A stretch of DNA of 64,000 bases from Myxococcota bacterium (GCA_039030295.1 JBCCEK010000002.1:3978-67977), one strand, 5' to 3'; shown: positions 9,572 through 19,646, numbered from the stretch's first letter. Notes: generated by a model not told the origin, from the sequence alone. Numbers and translations: made by a program.

Positions 9572-10443
9572 CGTCTGCAGTGACCCATCTCGACGAGTAC
9601 GAGACCAAGCCGCGGTTCGAAGCGGTGGTCGTCTCGAGCCAACGAATCACGCCCGAAGCGTCCGACGCGGAGGTTCGAGAGCTCACTCTCGACATCCAGC
9701 AGCCCGATTTCGAGTTCGAGCTCGGGCAAAGCGTCGGCGTTCTTGCCCCGGGAGCGAAGGAGTTCGGCCAAGAGCATCACTTTCGCTTGTACAGCGTCGC
9801 CGACTTGCCCGAACGCGGGGAGCATGGGCTCCCCAGAATCCGAATCGCGGTACGACGTGCAAGCTACGTCGACAAGTACAGTGGCGAGGAGTACCCCGGC
9901 GTCGCGTCGAACTACCTGTGCGACCGGGTTCCTGGAGACCGAATCACCATGTCCGGCCCCTACGGGCTGGCTTTCGAGGTCCCCGAAGAGATGGACGCAA
10001 ACCTCATCCTGATCGGGACCGGCACCGGGATCGCCCCCTTTCGCGCTTTCGTGAAACACATCTACAAAGATGTCCCGAGCTGGAAAGGCACGGTCACCCT
10101 CCTCTACGGCGCGCGCAGCGGGCTCGAGCTTCTCTACATGAACGACGCCAAGGACGACTTTGCGCAGTACTACGACGAGGAAACGTTCCACGCGTTCAAG
10201 GCGTTGAGTCCCCGACCGGCCTGGGAGGCGCCGATCGATTGGGAGGGCGCCCTATCCGAACGCGGAGAGGAGCTCTGGAAGCTCCTCGGTCTCCCGAACA
10301 CCTACGTCTACGTGGCGGGGCTTGCCAAACTGCGCGGTGAGCTCGACGACGCGTTTGGTGAGGTCGCAGGATCAGAGCGCAAGTGGGCTCGCCGAAAAGC
10401 CGAACTCATCGCCGGTCAACGTTGGGTCGAGTTGCTCTACTGA
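9568..10443 (+). CDS. Ferredoxin-NADP(+) reductase, plant-type FNR family
   Basis: RLYSVAD (RxYS FAD motif), GTGTGIAPFR (NADP-binding motif), C-terminal ...VELLY with a terminal aromatic residue as in plant-type FNRs. Confidence 0.85.
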   Translation: MTSAVTHLDEYETKPRFEAVVVSSQRITPEASDAEVRELTLDIQQPDFEFELGQSVGVLAPGAKEFGQEHHFRLYSVADLPERGEHGLPRIRIAVRRASYVDKYSGEEYPGVASNYLCDRVPGDRITMSGPYGLAFEVPEEMDANLILIGTGTGIAPFRAFVKHIYKDVPSWKGTVTLLYGARSGLELLYMNDAKDDFAQYYDEETFHAFKALSPRPAWEAPIDWEGALSERGEELWKLLGLPNTYVYVAGLAKLRGELDDAFGEVAGSERKWARRKAELIAGQRWVELLY

Positions 10444-10573
10444 ACACCTAGAAGAGCGTCGCCCGCGGAGGCAGCGATGACCTACTGGCGCGCACAGAAT
10501 GCGCGAGTCCGGCGCGTGATATGCGCCACGTACACCGTTCCGTCGGGCCCCCTTCTGTCGTAGGCTGTCGACC

Positions 10574-12145
10574 ATGCAGACCGTTCCGAAGGCACTTCTC
10601 AAGACGCTCTACAACCATGCAAGCCTCCGCAACGACGAGGCCGGCGTTCAGTTCTCGGTCAAGAACAGGCTCGCTCCCGCAACGCTCAAGCGGGTCGACC
10701 GCGTCATTCTCGATGGGGAGGCGGTCGCGCCAGATCGAATTCGGGTGCGGATCGACGAAGGGGAGACCCTTCCGTTGACGAAGCTCGGCAATGGCCAAGA
10801 AGCGATCGACTTCCCGCTCGGCACGCTTCTCACGTTCAGCCTGAACGTGAGCAAGCTCGACCAGGGCGATCACACCCTCGAGCTTTCGTTCGAGACCGAC
10901 CCTTTTGGGGAGCTCGAGCTCGACGTCACCGACGCCGTCGACGCCCCGCGCGACCCCACAGCGATCCCGAGAGACGAAGCCAACGACTACGGCGAGGAGA
11001 TCATTCGCACGCGTCAGGAGTTCATCGAAGAGCGCACCGGAGTACGCCCGGAGCACATCGCGAAGTACGGTATCGACCCACACTCGACGGAGGGCAACAT
11101 CGAGCATTTCATCGGGACGGCGCAGCTCCCGGTTGGAATCGCGGGGCCGCTTCTCGTCCATGGAGAACACGCGGATGGCGAGTTCTACGTTCCGCTCGCC
11201 ACGTCCGAAGGCACGTTGGTCGCGTCCTACAACCGCGGCATGAAGGTCATCCACCGAAGTGGCGGCGTTCGCTGCTCAGTCGTCGGCGACAACATGCAGC
11301 GAGCGCCTGTGTTCGTATTCAGCAGCGCAACCGATGCTCGACACTTCGTCGACTGGATCGTCGAGAAGACTAGCGAACTCCAACGCGTGACGCACGAGTC
11401 CGACCCTTTCGTCGAACTCAAGCACGTCGACTACTACCTTTCAAACAGCTTCGCCTTCCTGCGGTTCAACTACACCACGGGAGACGCGGCCGGGATGAAC
11501 ATGGTCAGCAAAGCCACGTTCGCTGCCTGCAACTGGATCATGCAGAACTGCGACGCGATCGAGATCGTCCGGTTCTTCCTCGAGTCGAATTTCGCGACCG
11601 ACAAGAAGCACTCCACGATCAACACCATGCGCACTCGTGGGAAGCGCGTCACGGCGGAATGCGTGGTTGACCGCAACGCGCTCCGCGAGATCATGGGCGC
11701 CGACACAGAGATGCTGTACCAGCACTACAAGGTGGCGAATATCGGGTCGATGCTCTCGGGCACGAACAACAATGGACTGCACTCGGCCAACGCCATCACG
11801 GCAATGTTCATCGCGACAGGACAGGATGCCGCGAACGTCGCCGAGTCTTCGTCCGCGGTGCTGTACGCCGAACTGACCCCGGAGAAGAACCTATACATGT
11901 CGGTTACGCTGCCATCGCTGATCGTCGCGACGATGGGTGGCGGTACCGGGCTGCCAACGCAGCAAGAGAGTCTCGAGATCCTCGGTTGCGTGGGCAAGGG
12001 CAAGGTTCGAAAGCTCGCCGAGATCATCGCGGCCACCGTAATGGCCGGAGAGATCTCCCTGGCCGCAGCCATCTCCTCTCTCGACTGGGTCTCTTCGCAC
12101 GATCGCTACGGCCGGAACGACCCGACGAAAGCCGACAACTCGTAG
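10574..12145 (+). CDS. Hydroxymethylglutaryl-CoA reductase, class I catalytic domain, with an unknown ~135-aa N-terminal domain
   Basis: Class-I motifs TSEGTLVASYNRG, TGDAAGMNMVSKA, VATMGGGTGLPTQ, and a C-terminal SSHDRYGRN histidine region. The N-terminal 135 aa has no TM segment and no motif I recognise. Confidence 0.85.
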   Translation: MQTVPKALLKTLYNHASLRNDEAGVQFSVKNRLAPATLKRVDRVILDGEAVAPDRIRVRIDEGETLPLTKLGNGQEAIDFPLGTLLTFSLNVSKLDQGDHTLELSFETDPFGELELDVTDAVDAPRDPTAIPRDEANDYGEEIIRTRQEFIEERTGVRPEHIAKYGIDPHSTEGNIEHFIGTAQLPVGIAGPLLVHGEHADGEFYVPLATSEGTLVASYNRGMKVIHRSGGVRCSVVGDNMQRAPVFVFSSATDARHFVDWIVEKTSELQRVTHESDPFVELKHVDYYLSNSFAFLRFNYTTGDAAGMNMVSKATFAACNWIMQNCDAIEIVRFFLESNFATDKKHSTINTMRTRGKRVTAECVVDRNALREIMGADTEMLYQHYKVANIGSMLSGTNNNGLHSANAITAMFIATGQDAANVAESSSAVLYAELTPEKNLYMSVTLPSLIVATMGGGTGLPTQQESLEILGCVGKGKVRKLAEIIAATVMAGEISLAAAISSLDWVSSHDRYGRNDPTKADNS

Positions 12146-12160
12146 CCTCAGGCCGAGAGT

Positions 12161-13066
12161 TCAGAGACTCGCACGCGCCCGGCGGAGGGTTTCAGCCGAG
12201 CGGGCCAATGCCTCTCGTTCAGACTCGTCCACCTCGGGCTCGAGGACCTCAACGGCGCCGTCCTTGCCGACGATCGTAGGAAGCGAGATGGCGAGATCCC
12301 GAATACCCATCGCTCCCTCTTGAACGCGACAAACCGTGAGAACGCGGCGCGTCCCGCGAAGCGCCCACCTGAGCAACGTGGACGTCACGACCCCAATGGC
12401 ATGATTGGTGGCGCCCTTTCTTGCGATGATCTCGTAGGCCGCCGTGCGCACTTCACGGGCAATCGCTGACTCATCCTCGGCGGTCCATCCAGGCCAACTT
12501 CGGACCGGGTTTCCGCCCACCCGAGCAAGAGACCACAGGACGACCTCGGAGTCCCCGTGCTCTCCGACCACCTGGGCGTGAATCGATCTCGCATCGACGT
12601 CCAATCGTCGTCCGAGTGCCTGCCTCAAGCGCGCGGTGTCGAGCATCGTCCCAGTACCGATCACTCTCTCGAGGGGTAGGCCGGAGGCTTCGGCGGCCAC
12701 CTGGGTCATCAAGTCGACGGGATTGGTGACCACGACGAGCATCCCGCGCAAGGATGCGAGCTGGCTGGCAATCGCACCGATGATCGCCGCGTTCGTTCGA
12801 AGGAGATCGAGGCGGCTGTCCGATGGACCCCCGCCTTTTCCGGCGGCAATGACAACCGCATCTGCATCTTGCATCTCCTCGATCGATGTCGCCTGAACGG
12901 TCGCCGAGGGATGAAACGCAGCGCCGTGACGGAGGTCCATCGCCTCTCCCTCCGCGAGCGCAGACCTAACGTCATGGAGCAGGAGTTCGGTGGCCACGCC
13001 GGCGTGCAGGATCGACGAAGCCACGCTCGCGCCGACCCAACCCATGCCGATGATCCCGATCTTCAT
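12161..13066 (-). CDS. L-2-hydroxyacid dehydrogenase of the LDH/MDH family (substrate unclear)
   Basis: MKIGIIGMGWVGAS Rossmann motif, VVTNPVD, SRLDLL, catalytic GEHGDS. The specificity-loop position is neither the LDH Gln nor the MDH Arg. Confidence 0.8.
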   Translation of the reverse strand: MKIGIIGMGWVGASVASSILHAGVATELLLHDVRSALAEGEAMDLRHGAAFHPSATVQATSIEEMQDADAVVIAAGKGGGPSDSRLDLLRTNAAIIGAIASQLASLRGMLVVVTNPVDLMTQVAAEASGLPLERVIGTGTMLDTARLRQALGRRLDVDARSIHAQVVGEHGDSEVVLWSLARVGGNPVRSWPGWTAEDESAIAREVRTAAYEIIARKGATNHAIGVVTSTLLRWALRGTRRVLTVCRVQEGAMGIRDLAISLPTIVGKDGAVEVLEPEVDESEREALARSAETLRRARASL

Positions 13067-13079
13067 GCGCCGCCGTCGC

Positions 13080-14942
13080 CTAGTACCGTTCGGGTGCGAG
13101 CTCCCAGACAGTCGGAGACCGCCAAAGGGCCGAGAGGGTCAATTCTCGCATGTGGCTGAACTCTCGAGGAAGCTTGTCGTAGAGTCGGTCAAAGAGCGAC
13201 TCTTGGTCGTAGAGTTCCTTCTTCCACTCCTCGCGGCCAACGCTCATGACCTCTTTGAACTGGTCGCGGGTGAAATCGAGGCCTCTCCAGTCGAGCTGCT
13301 CGTATTGTGGCATCCACCCGAGGGGGCTCTCGGTAGACCCTGCGCGGCCGCGCACGCGATCGACGATCCATCGAAGGACGCGCATGTTCTCCCCGAAGCC
13401 GGGCCACACGAACTTTCCGTTGTCGTCTTTGCGGAACCAGTTGATCAGGAAGATGCGAGGCGGCTTGGGTGTGCTGCGCCCAATCTCGAGCCAGTGGTTG
13501 AAGTAGTCCGCCATGTGGTACCCGCAGAAAGGCAACATGGCGAAGGGGTCGCGTCGAATCTTCCCGACCTCTCCGCCAGCCGCCGCCGTCTGCTCGGAGC
13601 CGATGGTCGCCGCCATGAACACGCCGTAGGCCCAGTTGAACGACTGAACGACGAGCGGCATGGTGCTCGCCCGACGGCCACCGAAAACGAACGCATGGAC
13701 CGGAACCCCAGCGGGGTCCTCCCAATCCGGGTCGATGACGGGGCACTGCGACGCTGGGGCCGTGAACCGGGCGTTGGGATGAGCGGCGGTCCGCCCGCTG
13801 TCCGGAGTCCAGTCGTCTCCCCGCCAATCGGTGAGCTTGGGCGGAGGTTCGTCGGTGAGCCCTTCCCACCACACGTCGCCGTCGGGCGTCAGAGCGCAGT
13901 TCGTAAAAATGCTATTGGCTTTACAAGACTCGAGTGCGTTCTTGTTGGACTTCTCAGAGGTACCCGGTGCCACACCGAAGAACCCGGCCTCCGGGTTGAT
14001 CGCCCGAAGCCGACCCCTGGCGTCTGGCTTGATCCAAGCGATGTCATCCCCAATCGTCGTGACCTTCCAGCCGTCCTCGGCAAAGGCCGTAGGGGGCACG
14101 AGCATCGCGAGGTTGGTTTTCCCGCATGCGCTCGGCAGCGCGGCTGCGATGTAGGTCTTCTCACCCTCCGGGCTTTCCACGCCGAGGATCAACATGTGCT
14201 CGGCAAGCCAACCTTCGTCCCGAGCCATCACCGAGGCGATTCGCAACGCGAAGCACTTCTTGCCAAGTAGCGCGTTGCCTCCGTATCCACTTCCGAACGA
14301 CCAGATCGCTCTCTCCTCCGGATAGTGGACGATGTACTTGTTCTCGTTGTTGCATGGCCACGAAACATCCTGCTGGCCTTCGCCGAGCGGCGCGCCCACG
14401 GAGTGTACGCATCGCACGAAGTTTGGCCCTCGGAGGTGTTGGTACGCTGCCTCGCCCATGCGCGTCATGATCTTCATGTTCACCGCAACATAGGCCGAGT
14501 CCGAAAGCTCGATCCCGATCTGTGAGATCTCAGAGCCGAGGGGTCCCATGCAAAATGGAATGACGTACAGCGTGCGGCCCGCCATGCATCCCTTGAAGAG
14601 TCCGGCGAGCGTGCTCTTCATCTCTTGGGGATCCATCCAGTTGTTCGTCGGCCCTGCGTCGTCCTTTCGCACGCTGCAAATGAACGTTCGGTCTTCCACG
14701 CGGGCCACATCGGCGGGATCGGAAAACGCCGCATAGGAGTTCGGGCGTTTGTCTTCGTTGAGCTTGACGAAGGTGCCTGCCTCGACGAGGCGATTGCAGA
14801 GCATTCCGTATTCTTCGTCTGAGCCGTTGCAGAAGTAGATGTCTGTCGGTTCGCAGAGTGTGGCAACCTCTCGAATGAAGCTGCGTGCCTCTTCGCTCTC
14901 GAGGCCGGATGGAAAGTCGATTGCGGTCGGGTCTAGGGTCAT
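13080..14942 (-). CDS. pckG: Phosphoenolpyruvate carboxykinase (GTP)
   Basis: [22 protein letters not shown] and [12 protein letters not shown] motifs typical of GTP-PEPCK. Start chosen at [10 protein letters not shown] (620 aa). The ORF is open upstream to 15038. The stop lies 13 nt from the LDH/MDH-like start. Confidence 0.88.
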   Translation of the reverse strand: MTLDPTAIDFPSGLESEEARSFIREVATLCEPTDIYFCNGSDEEYGMLCNRLVEAGTFVKLNEDKRPNSYAAFSDPADVARVEDRTFICSVRKDDAGPTNNWMDPQEMKSTLAGLFKGCMAGRTLYVIPFCMGPLGSEISQIGIELSDSAYVAVNMKIMTRMGEAAYQHLRGPNFVRCVHSVGAPLGEGQQDVSWPCNNENKYIVHYPEERAIWSFGSGYGGNALLGKKCFALRIASVMARDEGWLAEHMLILGVESPEGEKTYIAAALPSACGKTNLAMLVPPTAFAEDGWKVTTIGDDIAWIKPDARGRLRAINPEAGFFGVAPGTSEKSNKNALESCKANSIFTNCALTPDGDVWWEGLTDEPPPKLTDWRGDDWTPDSGRTAAHPNARFTAPASQCPVIDPDWEDPAGVPVHAFVFGGRRASTMPLVVQSFNWAYGVFMAATIGSEQTAAAGGEVGKIRRDPFAMLPFCGYHMADYFNHWLEIGRSTPKPPRIFLINWFRKDDNGKFVWPGFGENMRVLRWIVDRVRGRAGSTESPLGWMPQYEQLDWRGLDFTRDQFKEVMSVGREEWKKELYDQESLFDRLYDKLPREFSHMRELTLSALWRSPTVWELAPERY

Positions 14943-15140
14943 GTCTGCCTCTCTCGAAGTTGCGTCCTTTGTACCCGGGATCTGATGCATGTCCACGCTC
15001 GACTCAACGCGGTTTCGAAGCGTCTCGGGCGATGTCACACGCTCGAAAAAAGACCGCCGGATCCGGCGCAGGCGATGCGGTGAATCGCGACAAACCGGCG
15101 CAAAAGCTGCATCGTCTCGGCCTAGGCGAGCGGCAGATGG

Positions 15141-16094
15141 TTAGACCTCGTCGCTCCCCTCGTACCTCAGGTCCTCGAAAAGGGCGGTCGACAGATAACG
15201 CTCGCCAAAGCTCGGGAGGACGACGACGATCAGCTTGCCCTCGGCTTCCGGGCGCCGAGCGACCTGAAGCGCGGCCTCGACCGCGGCACCCGAGGAGATC
15301 CCGACAAGCAGGCCCTCCTCACGAGCGAGCCGGCGCGCCATCGAGAACGACTCCTCATTCGACACTTGAACGATCTCGTCGATGATCGCCGTATCGAGGA
15401 CCTCAGGAACGAACCCGGCTCCGATCCCCTGGATCTTGTGGGGGCCGGGGTCTCCGCCCGACAGAACCGGGCTCTCGACGGGCTCCACCGCGACGGCTCT
15501 GAAGCTCGGTCGCCTCGCCTTGAGTACCTGAGAGACCCCAGTGATCGTCCCTCCGGTGCCAACCCCGGCGACCAGGTAGTCGACGCGCCCGTCGGTGTCG
15601 TTCCAGATCTCCTGCGCGGTGGTGTACCGATGAACCTCGGGGTTGGCGGGGTTCTGAAACTGCTGCGGAATGAAGCTGTCTTGGATCCTGCCGGCGAGTT
15701 CCTCCGCCGCTTGGAGCGCACCAAGCATCCCCTTCGCTGCCGGCGTGAGAACCAGCTTGGCGCCGTAGGCCCGTAGGACCGTGCGGCGTTCGTGCGACAT
15801 CGAATCCGGCATCGTCAGAACGAGGTCATATCCACGCGCGGCAGCTACCATGGCAAGCGCGATCCCCGTGTTCCCCGAAGTCGGTTCGATGAGCACGGTC
15901 TTGCCAGGCGTGATCCGCCCCTCACGCTCCGCCGCGTCGATCATCGCAGCACCAATACGGTCCTTGACGCTATTGGCAGGGTTCTGGCCTTCGAGTTTGG
16001 CGAACACCTCCGCACCGAGACCTCGCCCGACCTGGTTCAGTCGAACGAGCGGGGTGCCCCCAATCAGCTTCGTGACGTCGCTCGCTACCTTCAT
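15141..16094 (-). CDS. cysK: Cysteine synthase A (O-acetylserine sulfhydrylase)
   Basis: Start at [22 protein letters not shown]-lysine region [21 protein letters not shown] and GTGGTITG motifs. The upstream 84 codons of the ORF are Arg/Pro-rich and look non-coding. Confidence 0.88.
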   Translation of the reverse strand: MKVASDVTKLIGGTPLVRLNQVGRGLGAEVFAKLEGQNPANSVKDRIGAAMIDAAEREGRITPGKTVLIEPTSGNTGIALAMVAAARGYDLVLTMPDSMSHERRTVLRAYGAKLVLTPAAKGMLGALQAAEELAGRIQDSFIPQQFQNPANPEVHRYTTAQEIWNDTDGRVDYLVAGVGTGGTITGVSQVLKARRPSFRAVAVEPVESPVLSGGDPGPHKIQGIGAGFVPEVLDTAIIDEIVQVSNEESFSMARRLAREEGLLVGISSGAAVEAALQVARRPEAEGKLIVVVLPSFGERYLSTALFEDLRYEGSDEV

Positions 16095-16252
16095 GATCGC
16101 ATTCTCAAGCCGTAACGCGTGAGTGCAAGTCTCCACCGCAGCCGGCTTCCCGCCGGTCGATGTGAACTCGGAGGCTACCACGGGCCATCCCACATCCGAA
16201 GGGCGCAGTCCGGTCGGGACCGCGGTGGGTCGGAGAGTCTCTGCCGCGCGGG

Positions 16253-17095
16253 CTAATCGGCGGAGGGCTTGCTCAGGCCTCGAAGGGCCGCGACCCACAC
16301 GCGATCGGCGACGCGGGTCGGCAGCCAATGAAGCACCACCCGCCAAGCCTCTGGCTTGACCGAGTAGGCGGGCTTCGGGCGCTTCGTGGTGAGCGCGTGT
16401 TCGACGACCCGGGCGAGCACATCTGGGTCATGCGCCTTGCCTGCAGCCTTGACCGCAGGCCGTTTGAGTCGACCGATGACGGACGCGAAGTACCTAGACT
16501 CGCGTTCGGCCTCTGAGAACTGCGCTTCGATGCGCGTGACCATGTCGGTTTTGAAGGGGCCCGGCTGAATCGTGATCACGGAGACGTCGAGCAAGCGAAG
16601 TTCTCGGCGTAGCGAGTCAGTATAGGCTTCTATGGCATGCTTGCTCAGCGCGTAGGCCCCGACGAATGGCGGGCTGCTCTGCCAACCGGTTTCCGAGCTC
16701 ACATTGACGATGCGACCCTTGCAGGCGAGCACGAGCGGAAAGAAGGCCTGATTGACCCGAAACGTGCCGAGCAGGTTCACATCGAGTACGCGATGGAGCT
16801 TCTCCTCGGGCATGTCGATCAGTGCACCAAACCCCGTCACGCCTGCGAAGTTGACGACGCCATCGAGGTGGTCGGTCTTCTGAGTGACATCGCCGACAGC
16901 CCGCTGGACCGCTTCCGCGTCCGTGACGTCGAGAACCAGAGGCTCCACGTTCGGCAGTTCGCCAACAGATGCAAGTGCATCGTCGTCATAGTCGGCCGCG
17001 AATACGGTCCACGAAGCCCCGGAAAGGCGCCTGACCAGGGCGCTCCCGAGCCCACCCCCGGCCCCCGTGACCAGTGCGGTTTTGGATTCGGGCAT
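16253..17095 (-). CDS. Short-chain dehydrogenase/reductase (SDR) family oxidoreductase
   Basis: [15 protein letters not shown] cofactor motif and YALSKHA catalytic YxxxK. Lies 5 nt downstream of the sulfotransferase gene. Confidence 0.8.
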   Translation of the reverse strand: MPESKTALVTGAGGGLGSALVRRLSGASWTVFAADYDDDALASVGELPNVEPLVLDVTDAEAVQRAVGDVTQKTDHLDGVVNFAGVTGFGALIDMPEEKLHRVLDVNLLGTFRVNQAFFPLVLACKGRIVNVSSETGWQSSPPFVGAYALSKHAIEAYTDSLRRELRLLDVSVITIQPGPFKTDMVTRIEAQFSEAERESRYFASVIGRLKRPAVKAAGKAHDPDVLARVVEHALTTKRPKPAYSVKPEAWRVVLHWLPTRVADRVWVAALRGLSKPSAD

Positions 17096-17100
17096 GCCCC

Positions 17101-18303
17101 TCAGCCTCCCTCTGCGAGCACGGGAAAGCGCTCGTAGTAGAAGTCGAACCGCTTCCGAAGGTCGTTGGGGTCGACGCCGAAATCGCCGACGAGGTCGTAG
17201 ACGATCCGCCCGTGCTTCCCACGCGGGTTGTCCGCCATGTACGCAACGAGCGACGTGCGTGCCTCATCCGTCATCGGCAATCCGGCCACCGCGTAGATCT
17301 GTTCCACCATCGCAACGTCATCTGCCATGAACTCGTGAAAGAGCACGTCGATGCTCCGTTCAGTGGGCAGTAGCCCACGGTCACGCACACAGGCGCGCAG
17401 CAGGTGCTCCACCCTATCGGCCCAGTAAGCAGCGACAGCCGGCGGATCGACTTTGGATCGCCGCATTCGATCTCCATACGTGAGCATGGTGATCGCCGAG
17501 GCTACGACCGACACCGGATCCCGGTGCGTGATCGCGACCGTTGCGTCTGGAAAAGTCTCGATCAGAGGACCCAGTTGCTCCATGTGTTGCGGCGATTTCA
17601 GGATCCAGCGGTCGGGGCCGCGGAGCCACTGGAGCCCCTTGAGAACGTTCTTCATGTACTCGTAGTGCGGCCGCTGGTCGTGTGCGTAGTAGTAGTCGCG
17701 CCACCTGGGTACCGTGGCATTCCAGTCTGGGAGGTACGTCGAGAAGTCGAGCGCGCCAACCTCGATCTCTTCGTGCACGTGATCGGGCGCGAGGTCGTGC
17801 ATGTTTCGTAGAAGGGGAGCCACATGGCCCAGCATCGCATGCTCGGTGGCACACTTCTGGTACCGCGGGTCTTGCTCCTTGGGCACTTCGGGCAGCGCCG
17901 GGTCGGGGAACGGCACGAGACTCTCCCAGTACGGCAGAGAGCGCAGACGTTGATCTGCCGCGATGAGATTGACGAGGTGCGTGGTCCCAGAGCGAGGCAA
18001 TCCCGCGATGATGATCGGTTCTTCGATCTCGACGTCCAGGATCTCTGGATGACGCCGCAACAGGTCGTGGAAGCGGAGCCGGTTGGAAGCGTACCGAACC
18101 ATGTCGGCGAAGAAGCGGGCTCTCCCCATCGGCCCGAGCCCCTCGTCTTCGTCGGCGGCTTGACACCAGACCTCGAGGCGCTCGATGAAGTCTTCGGGAC
18201 CAAAATCGGTAAGTTCGGTCTGCGATTTGGCATCACCGAGGACGGCGTCTACCGAGAATGTGATCTCGACCCCAGCGAAGCCGTCGAGAGCCATCTTCTG
18301 CAT
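17101..18303 (-). CDS. Sulfotransferase-family protein (PAPS-dependent type)
   Basis: 5'-PSB motif GLPRSGTTHLVNL. Start chosen at MQKMALDG (400 aa). The alternative MATETV at 18432 would overlap the upstream gene by 73 nt. The rest of the 660-aa ORF is an Arg/Pro-rich artefact. Confidence 0.7.
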   Translation of the reverse strand: MQKMALDGFAGVEITFSVDAVLGDAKSQTELTDFGPEDFIERLEVWCQAADEDEGLGPMGRARFFADMVRYASNRLRFHDLLRRHPEILDVEIEEPIIIAGLPRSGTTHLVNLIAADQRLRSLPYWESLVPFPDPALPEVPKEQDPRYQKCATEHAMLGHVAPLLRNMHDLAPDHVHEEIEVGALDFSTYLPDWNATVPRWRDYYYAHDQRPHYEYMKNVLKGLQWLRGPDRWILKSPQHMEQLGPLIETFPDATVAITHRDPVSVVASAITMLTYGDRMRRSKVDPPAVAAYWADRVEHLLRACVRDRGLLPTERSIDVLFHEFMADDVAMVEQIYAVAGLPMTDEARTSLVAYMADNPRGKHGRIVYDLVGDFGVDPNDLRKRFDFYYERFPVLAEGG

Positions 18304-18359
18304 GGGGGTGAGGACTGGCGATGCGAGATCGTCGATGTGAATGTCACCGGGACTTGCGC

Positions 18360-19646
18360 TCAAGGTCGAGCCTTCTCTTTCTTCGCGGCTGCGAGCGTCG
18401 CCCTGTGATCGGACAACTGTTTCCGTAGCCATTGTGTGAGCCAGAAATTCTCGCTTCGCGACTCGAGCTTCTCGTGCGCCGCGATCATGACCTCCAATCC
18501 GCTGACGTGGTTCGGGGCCACCAAGAGCGCGACTTCGGCCAGGTGGATGGCTTCGACCGGTTCGCCCGCCTCGAGCCTTTCGCGGGCTCGCGCGACGACG
18601 GGATCCGGGCCTCCCGCAAGCTCGACGAGGTCCGCGCGCACTACAGATCCGGGAACGTCGTAGAGCTCGGTCGTCGAGCGGTGGTGAAACCATCCCGCGT
18701 AGTTCTCCCAGATGGCGCGAACACTCCACGACACCTTGCCGTACCCTTCCCCAACCTCGAGCTCCGACGGCAGCTTCACCTCCCGCATGAGGGTGTGGAC
18801 GTCCTGGCCGCGGTTCATCCCTTTCACGGTCTCGTCGTGGACGTATCGGACCGCATCGCGCAACCGAGTGAGCTCCTCTCGAATGACCTCTTTGCCGATG
18901 ATAGGGCCGCCGTGCCCCGGCAAGAGCACGGTTGGCTCGAGCGCGAGGACTCGTTCGAGCGATTCGATGAAGCTCAATGCCTCCCGATAGCGATCGCCTC
19001 GCACCGTCACCAGGTTCGGGAAGTGGCCAAAGAGGGCGCTGAAGAGATTGCCGGTCAAGCAAATCTCGTGATCGGGGAGCCATACGACCATCGAGTCAGT
19101 GGTCTCGCCGCCCGGCGTCCACAAGAGGTCGAGGCGCAACCCACCCAGACGAAGGGTGAGCTGATCGTCGAAGGTGATGTCGGGCGTCGGGGTGGACTGA
19201 GGCGAGAATCCCAAACCAGCGTTCTTTTGGATGTACTCAAGCGCCCGGGCGATCGCCTCCGCGAAGGCGAAGCCGCTTCGCATCGCTCGGAACGATGCGA
19301 TTCGGGCATCGTCCGTTTGGTGCGCTTGGTTGTTGGCGTGGGCGACGAGCTCGGTGCCGTCTTGTCGAAAAAGGTCGGCACCACCCACATGATCGACATG
19401 CCCTTGGGTGAAGAGAATGTAGCGAACGGGTCCATCATCGACCGCATCGAAGTTTCGCTTATGGATGGGCGCCTCGAAGCCCATTCCGGTGTTGACGACG
19501 ATCCGCCCTTCAGGGGTGATGATCAGAAAGGCGTTCGACAGCCCTTCGGACAGATAGATGAAATCGTTGATCCTCGTGGCTTCCGGCTGCGACGCCGGCT
19601 GGATTTCGTGTCCGTCGGGGCGTGTGCGATAGAGCGGTTCGGTCAT
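18360..19646 (-). CDS. MBL-fold hydrolase resembling alkyl/aryl-sulfatases (MBL plus dimerisation-like C-terminus, no SCP2 domain)
   Basis: Metallo-beta-lactamase motif region FTQGHVDHVGG (QxHxDH rather than HxHxDH). The C-terminal helical segment LVELAGGPD...AIHLAEVALLVAPNH...FWLTQWL resembles the alkyl-sulfatase dimerisation domain. Confidence 0.6.
   Translation of the reverse strand: MTEPLYRTRPDGHEIQPASQPEATRINDFIYLSEGLSNAFLIITPEGRIVVNTGMGFEAPIHKRNFDAVDDGPVRYILFTQGHVDHVGGADLFRQDGTELVAHANNQAHQTDDARIASFRAMRSGFAFAEAIARALEYIQKNAGLGFSPQSTPTPDITFDDQLTLRLGGLRLDLLWTPGGETTDSMVVWLPDHEICLTGNLFSALFGHFPNLVTVRGDRYREALSFIESLERVLALEPTVLLPGHGGPIIGKEVIREELTRLRDAVRYVHDETVKGMNRGQDVHTLMREVKLPSELEVGEGYGKVSWSVRAIWENYAGWFHHRSTTELYDVPGSVVRADLVELAGGPDPVVARARERLEAGEPVEAIHLAEVALLVAPNHVSGLEVMIAAHEKLESRSENFWLTQWLRKQLSDHRATLAAAKKEKARP

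Noticed and set aside
10489-10505. Hairpin cgcgca-cagaa-tgcgcg downstream of the FNR gene as a Rho-independent terminator
   Set aside because: Only a 6-bp stem with no following T-tract. Indistinguishable from chance in GC-rich DNA.
12161-13066. Assigning the gene symbol ldh or mdh
   Set aside because: The specificity-determining loop has neither the LDH Gln nor the MDH Arg by my alignment, so only the family is called.
18304-19083. N-terminal ~260 codons of the 660-aa ORF 17101..19083 (would extend the sulfotransferase)
   Set aside because: Arg/Pro/Gly-rich junk-like sequence that overlaps the MBL-fold gene in another frame. The sulfotransferase domain begins well downstream, so an internal ATG (18303) was preferred.
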